This document shows positions 59,803 to 64,000 of a DNA stretch of 64,000 bases, piece after piece (position 1 is the first letter of the stretch; each line of letters opens with the position of its first letter). The notes under the pieces are model-generated. The model saw nothing but the letters and a program-made list of their open reading frames with translations. It was not told the origin of the DNA and did not search any database. Location: positions 3,034,158 to 3,098,157 of the forward strand of contig CAJINV010000013.1 in assembly GCA_905178155.1 (NCBI GenBank). The letters run 5' to 3'. The position numbers and the translations under genes were made by a program. Source of the stretch: Amoebophrya sp. A120. Lineage: Eukaryota > Protista > Dinoflagellata.

Positions 59803-62800
59803 ATGGTTGCAAAAGCTGGCTCTAAGGCTGCGAAGAAGAGCAGCAAGAAAGTTGCGCAGAAAGGCAGGGCAAGCAAATCTTCTGCCTCTCAGGGTGCTGC
59901 TACAACCATTAGAGGTGCAGGTGCAACTGCGTCAAGTAAAAAACTGACGAAGCAGACATCCAAGTCGAGCAGTGCCACGTCCACCGCTTTCGACGATGAG
60001 GATGAAGTATCAAATGCAAAAATGTCTGGGTCTGGAAGATTCCGGGATTTGTGTTGCATATTTTGTATGGTCCATGATGCATGTAATGCATGATCTAGCA
60101 TCACAGATTTTTAGAGGGCTTCCTGATGGTGATGCCTATTCCGCATGAGAGATGCCCTCTCCGTGTAACACAAACTGGGCTCCTGTTGCTGGTCACGCAA
60201 TACAGATTTTTTTGGAATCCAAAGACAGCATGACAAGTTGCAATCATCCAGACCCAGACATTTTTGCAATCCATATGAAGACATGTTGGAGCTGCAGCAC
60301 TTGCCCCATTTCAACGACCTGGTCGATATGAACAACCTGGAGCAGAACAGCGACGCGCAAGTATCCTGAGTAAAAACGTCCCCACACCAGAGTTGTCATG
60401 CAGATTTGCAAGCACAGGAACATTTGTAATGCGCATCGCCAGGAGAGGCATTTTTAGTCGTGTTTTGGAATTTGTAATGCTGTAAACAGGATGAGCAGAT
60501 GGATTTCTGATGCAGCTGGCCTTGCGAACCTGCACTACACTACGGACTGCAACTTGTGATGCGTGACCCCCAAAAGTTCTAGGTTTGTGTTGCAAAATCC
60601 CCATCTTGACTCTGGTGTGGGGATGTTTTTACTCAGGATAGCAAGATGACGAGCAGGACGAAATTGATCTCGAGGGATTTGTTGTTGATGATGAACAAAC
60701 CGCCAGCCAGCCGCGGCGCTCCTGGCGCTTCAACGTCCGGGAGTACGACGGGACGAGGACGGTTGTCGTGGATTTCGGCGGGGCGAACAAGAGCCCCGCA
60801 GACGAGTTGGCCGCGAGGGAGAAAAAAGCCGCTAAGAAGGCGGAGAAGAAAAAAATGAAAGCGATGAAAATGAAATCTAAGGGGGCCGCTAGTACTGCTG
60901 GGCGAGCAAATAAGGGAAATAACAAGAAAACAGTTACTTGTGACTCTGATTCGGACGATCTGGAACAAGATTCTGATGAAGATGATTTGGGGAAGGAAGA
61001 AGAGGAGGCAGAGGCGATCGAATTCGGTGTCGGGGACGCAATTTTGTACACACAGCTAGTACAACCAAGTGACCCGGATTGCAACGGCAAAAATTCATCG
61101 TCGTCAACTGTCTCCTTCAACGATCTCTACCTGAATCCCCGCGATTCGGAGAAAGTGCAGTTAGGTTTCGTCATGGGCTTTGTTTCGGCAGGCAGTACTA
61201 GCGATGACGAGATGGAGGATCTGCACGCAAGCAAATCCAGCAAACGAAAATCCTCTAAAGCTTTTTCGACGAGGACGAAAGAGAAGAAGAAGAATGCGAA
61301 AAACCACGACGCAAAATCAACATCCGACAACGGCAAATCAGACCTCTTCATCAAAGTCCGCCGATTTGCGCATTCCGGCCAGCTCAACAAGCTGTTCACC
61401 ACGAAGAAGGAAAAAGACGCGTTTGAAATGCACGATCAGGAACTAATTTTCACGGAGTGGGAAGAGGTGGTGTCTTTTCACCAAGTGGAAAATACCTGCG
61501 TGATCTACTCCGCAGAGGAATTTTTTGACGACAAAACCCCCGACGGTGCGATCGCGGAGACGGCGGACGTTTTGCTAGAGTTTTTCTGCCGCCGGGGTTT
61601 CACGGAAAGCAGCCAGAGACTATCACATGTAAAAATGTCTGGGTCTGGAAGAGTGCCAGACTTGTCATGCAGATTTTACATGACATATGACGTCTGTAAT
61701 GCATAACCTGGCATCACAGATTTTTAGCGGGCTTTCTGATGCCTATCCCGCATGAAAAATACCCTCTCCATGATGTAGCACAAACTGGACCCCTCTTGCT
61801 GGTCATGCAATACAGATTTTTTTAGAATGCAGAGACCGCATCACAAGTTGCAATCTTCCAGACCCAGACATTTTTGCATTTGATAGAGACGGGGGTTTCC
61901 CGATTTGGAGTGGAATACGGTCAGCGAACTATTGTGAGGAAAATCCCCCCCTCCCCATATCGAACAGGCATGCTTCCGAAAATTTGCGTTGCTGATTTGA
62001 GGTCACAAATCACATCTGTCTTGCAAGAAGACAAGGGCAAAAGCTTCGCCCCCATTATGGAGGCGGTTTGTCATGCTGTTGGGCCTAAAGGGGAGCCGTC
62101 TGCCATTCTGAACAACTAGACCGATACGCCCCTGCATAGCCGGGGGATCTGGCCGCGATGCCTTCCTGCAATACAAAGCCGATTTGTGTACACAAATCCC
62201 GCATCACAGATTTCCATTTCGATACGGGGTGGGGGGATTTTTTCTTTTGATACGAACAGATCGTGAAGCATTTAAGGGAGATGAGTGACACGGCTAGTAC
62301 CGGTGACACAGCACTACAAGCTGGCGCGGGAACATCATCTTCAAAAAGTGGAAATAAAGATAGAAGCAAGAAAACTAACACTACAAAAGAGCACAAGAAG
62401 CTGAAAGTCCTGACGAAAGTTTTCGCCGACGACCACGACGAAATGTCCGACGATTCCGACACGGAGGAGGACGAAGCGGACAACTTTTCCTACCTGGACA
62501 AAATTTACAACAACGAGAAACAAATGAAGCAACTGTTCCCGACCTGGTTTCAGCGAATGATGGAAGCACGGAAGCAGTTGTTGCCAAGCAGTATCCCGGA
62601 AGTGCTGCCCTGCCGGGAGAAGGAGAAGGAGGAAATCTACGCGTTTTTGCGGATGGCGCTGGAATCCGGGGACTACGACCACAACAAGGTGATGTTCATC
62701 GCCGGACTGCCCGGAACGGGCAAGACCGCGATCGTATCCGAGATTTTAAACGAGATGGCATCTTCTTCGACTTCATCATCGTCAGCTTCAAGTTCATCTT

Positions 62801-64000
62801 CGAATGCTGGGATAAAAAATACTTCATCTTCGGCGGGCATTCTGTGTGCTTCAAGCCCAGCACGAGAACAACCTCTTGGTGGTAATAATTCGTCGTTGTT
62901 AAAGAACACCTTCCGAGCTGCAGGCGGTGGACCCAGCAACTCAGTATTTTCCATGCCGGGGAACCGGATTATGCGGTGCAACTGCTTGAAACTGTTTGGC
63001 ACCTACAGCCTTTACCTGGAAATGCTGATGCACCTGCAACAGTTGAAGAAGCGCCCCCTGCCGAAGAAGGCACTGTCGTTGCTCGAAAAGGCGTTCCTGA
63101 AATACAGCACGAGGAAAGAGAAACTGATTTTATTTCTCGACGAGCTGGATGCGTTGAAGCAGAATTTACTGTACCGAGTTCTCGAATGGACCCTGAAATT
63201 CCCGAATTTGATTCTGATCACCATCAGCAACACACTGAATCTCCCCGAAAAGCTCGCACCGAGGGTGTACAGCCGCCTGCGACCGAAAAGATTGCAGATC
63301 CAACCGTACAGCTACGCGCAGCTGCGGGAGATCATCCAGAAGAGGTTAGACACGCTGAAGTGTTTCCAGCCAAACACGATCGAGCTCTGCGCGGTCCGAA
63401 TCGCGGCGGAAACCGGAGACGTAAGGAAGGCGTTGCAGGTGTGTCGCGCGAGCGTGGACTACAAAATGTTGGAAAACAAGAAGAGAATGCGCGAGCAGCT
63501 GGAGATATTGGAAAATAAGGAACACGAAGATGATGAAGGTGAAAGTGAAATAAACAACAACAAATCAAAACAAGTGGAAAAGTCTTCGGTCGAGATTTTG
63601 AAGCTGGACAAGGAAAAAAACCTACTGCAGAAGTACTTGAAAGCGGAGAACAAGAGACCCAACGACGTGTTTCAAATCACGCTCACCGACATGAACCACG
63701 TGGAGTCCGGGATTCTTCGTTCGAACTACAAGCTTCAACTGATCGAACAGCTACCCGTCAACGTCCGCTGGTTTCTCGTCGCGTTTGTGCACGAGCTGGA
63801 GCAGAGCTTCAACACTTCCAACGCCAACAGGACGAACGGAAACGCTCTCGACATGGAGGACGCGAGCTCCTTAGCGACCACCATTCTCGCGATTCGCAGC
63901 CAGATGACGGGGAGTCTGAACGACCTGAGCCTGGACAAATCGATTCAGACGTTTAACCACCCGTTGCTGAATTTTTCTGAGAGCGGGAACAAGTTCCACT
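59803..64000 (+). CDS. ORC1: Origin recognition complex subunit 1 (BAH-like + ORC1/CDC6 AAA+), 3' truncated by window; four introners
   Basis: LPCREKE..IY, Walker A GLPGTGKT (62704), Walker B LFLDELD, ITISNTLNLPE, YSRL, PYS..QLREII..RL, GDVRKALQVCR; upstream BAH-like ELIFTEW...FFCRRGF. Confidence 0.88.
60008..60275. mobile_element. Introner, family A
   Basis: Family A TIRs; TSD tgaag. Confidence 0.94.
60362..60640. mobile_element. Introner, family C
   Basis: TIR tatcctgagtaaaaacgtccccacaccagagt / actctggtgtggggatgtttttactcaggata; TSD gcaag. Confidence 0.94.
61621..61885. mobile_element. Introner, family A
   Basis: Family A TIRs; TSD gagac. Confidence 0.94.
61930..62252. mobile_element. Introner, family B
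   Basis: TIR tattgtgaggaaaatcccccc-ctccccatatc / gatacggggtggggggattttttcttttgata; TSD cgaac. Confidence 0.93.

Noticed and set aside
3728-61885. Recurrent peptides in the ORF track (NVKMSGSGR, LPDPDIF, FQTQTFLHLI, KCLGLE, GKIPPPH) suggesting a repeated protein domain
   Set aside because: They are translations of the family A and B terminal inverted repeats, not coding sequence.
1204-62257. Target-site consensus or codon-phase bias of insertions (first three TSDs begin with G; one phase is somewhat more common)
   Set aside because: Across all elements the TSDs begin with any base, and the phase skew is too weak for this sample size.
1-64000. Autonomous transposase, dinoflagellate spliced-leader relics, tRNA or rRNA genes
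   Set aside because: None recognised by eye; absence was not verified computationally.

Overview
Eukaryotic genomic DNA with compact, intron-containing genes. All ~17 reconstructed genes lie on the + strand. Gene content and intron type point to an alveolate, most likely an Amoebophrya-like parasitic dinoflagellate (inference). Recognisable genes: an EF-hand mitochondrial carrier (SCaMC type), casein kinase 1, WTAP/FIP37, an RCC1-repeat/BTB-like protein, a J-domain protein, a METTL21-type methyltransferase, sortilin/VPS10 and ORC1 (runs off the right end). The dominant feature is a set of 32 short (150-330 bp) non-autonomous insertions from about 10 terminal-inverted-repeat families. Each runs TAT...ATA (one starts TAG), is flanked by a 5-bp target-site duplication, and sits inside a coding exon. 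Removing the element plus one duplication copy restores the reading frame in all 32 cases, yet none can be read as GT-AG or GC-AG. They behave as non-canonical introner elements, a class reported in Amoebophrya. Less familiar aspects seen here are a TGTnATGC/GCATnACA motif shared across families with conserved spacing, a common terminal grammar, orientation independence, tight pairing around micro-exons, and position-specific decay of the duplications. A ~1.4 kb GC-rich island (50.8-52.2 kb) looks like a heavily mutated Ty3/gypsy integrase fragment. Exon structures were reconstructed by hand without transcript data.
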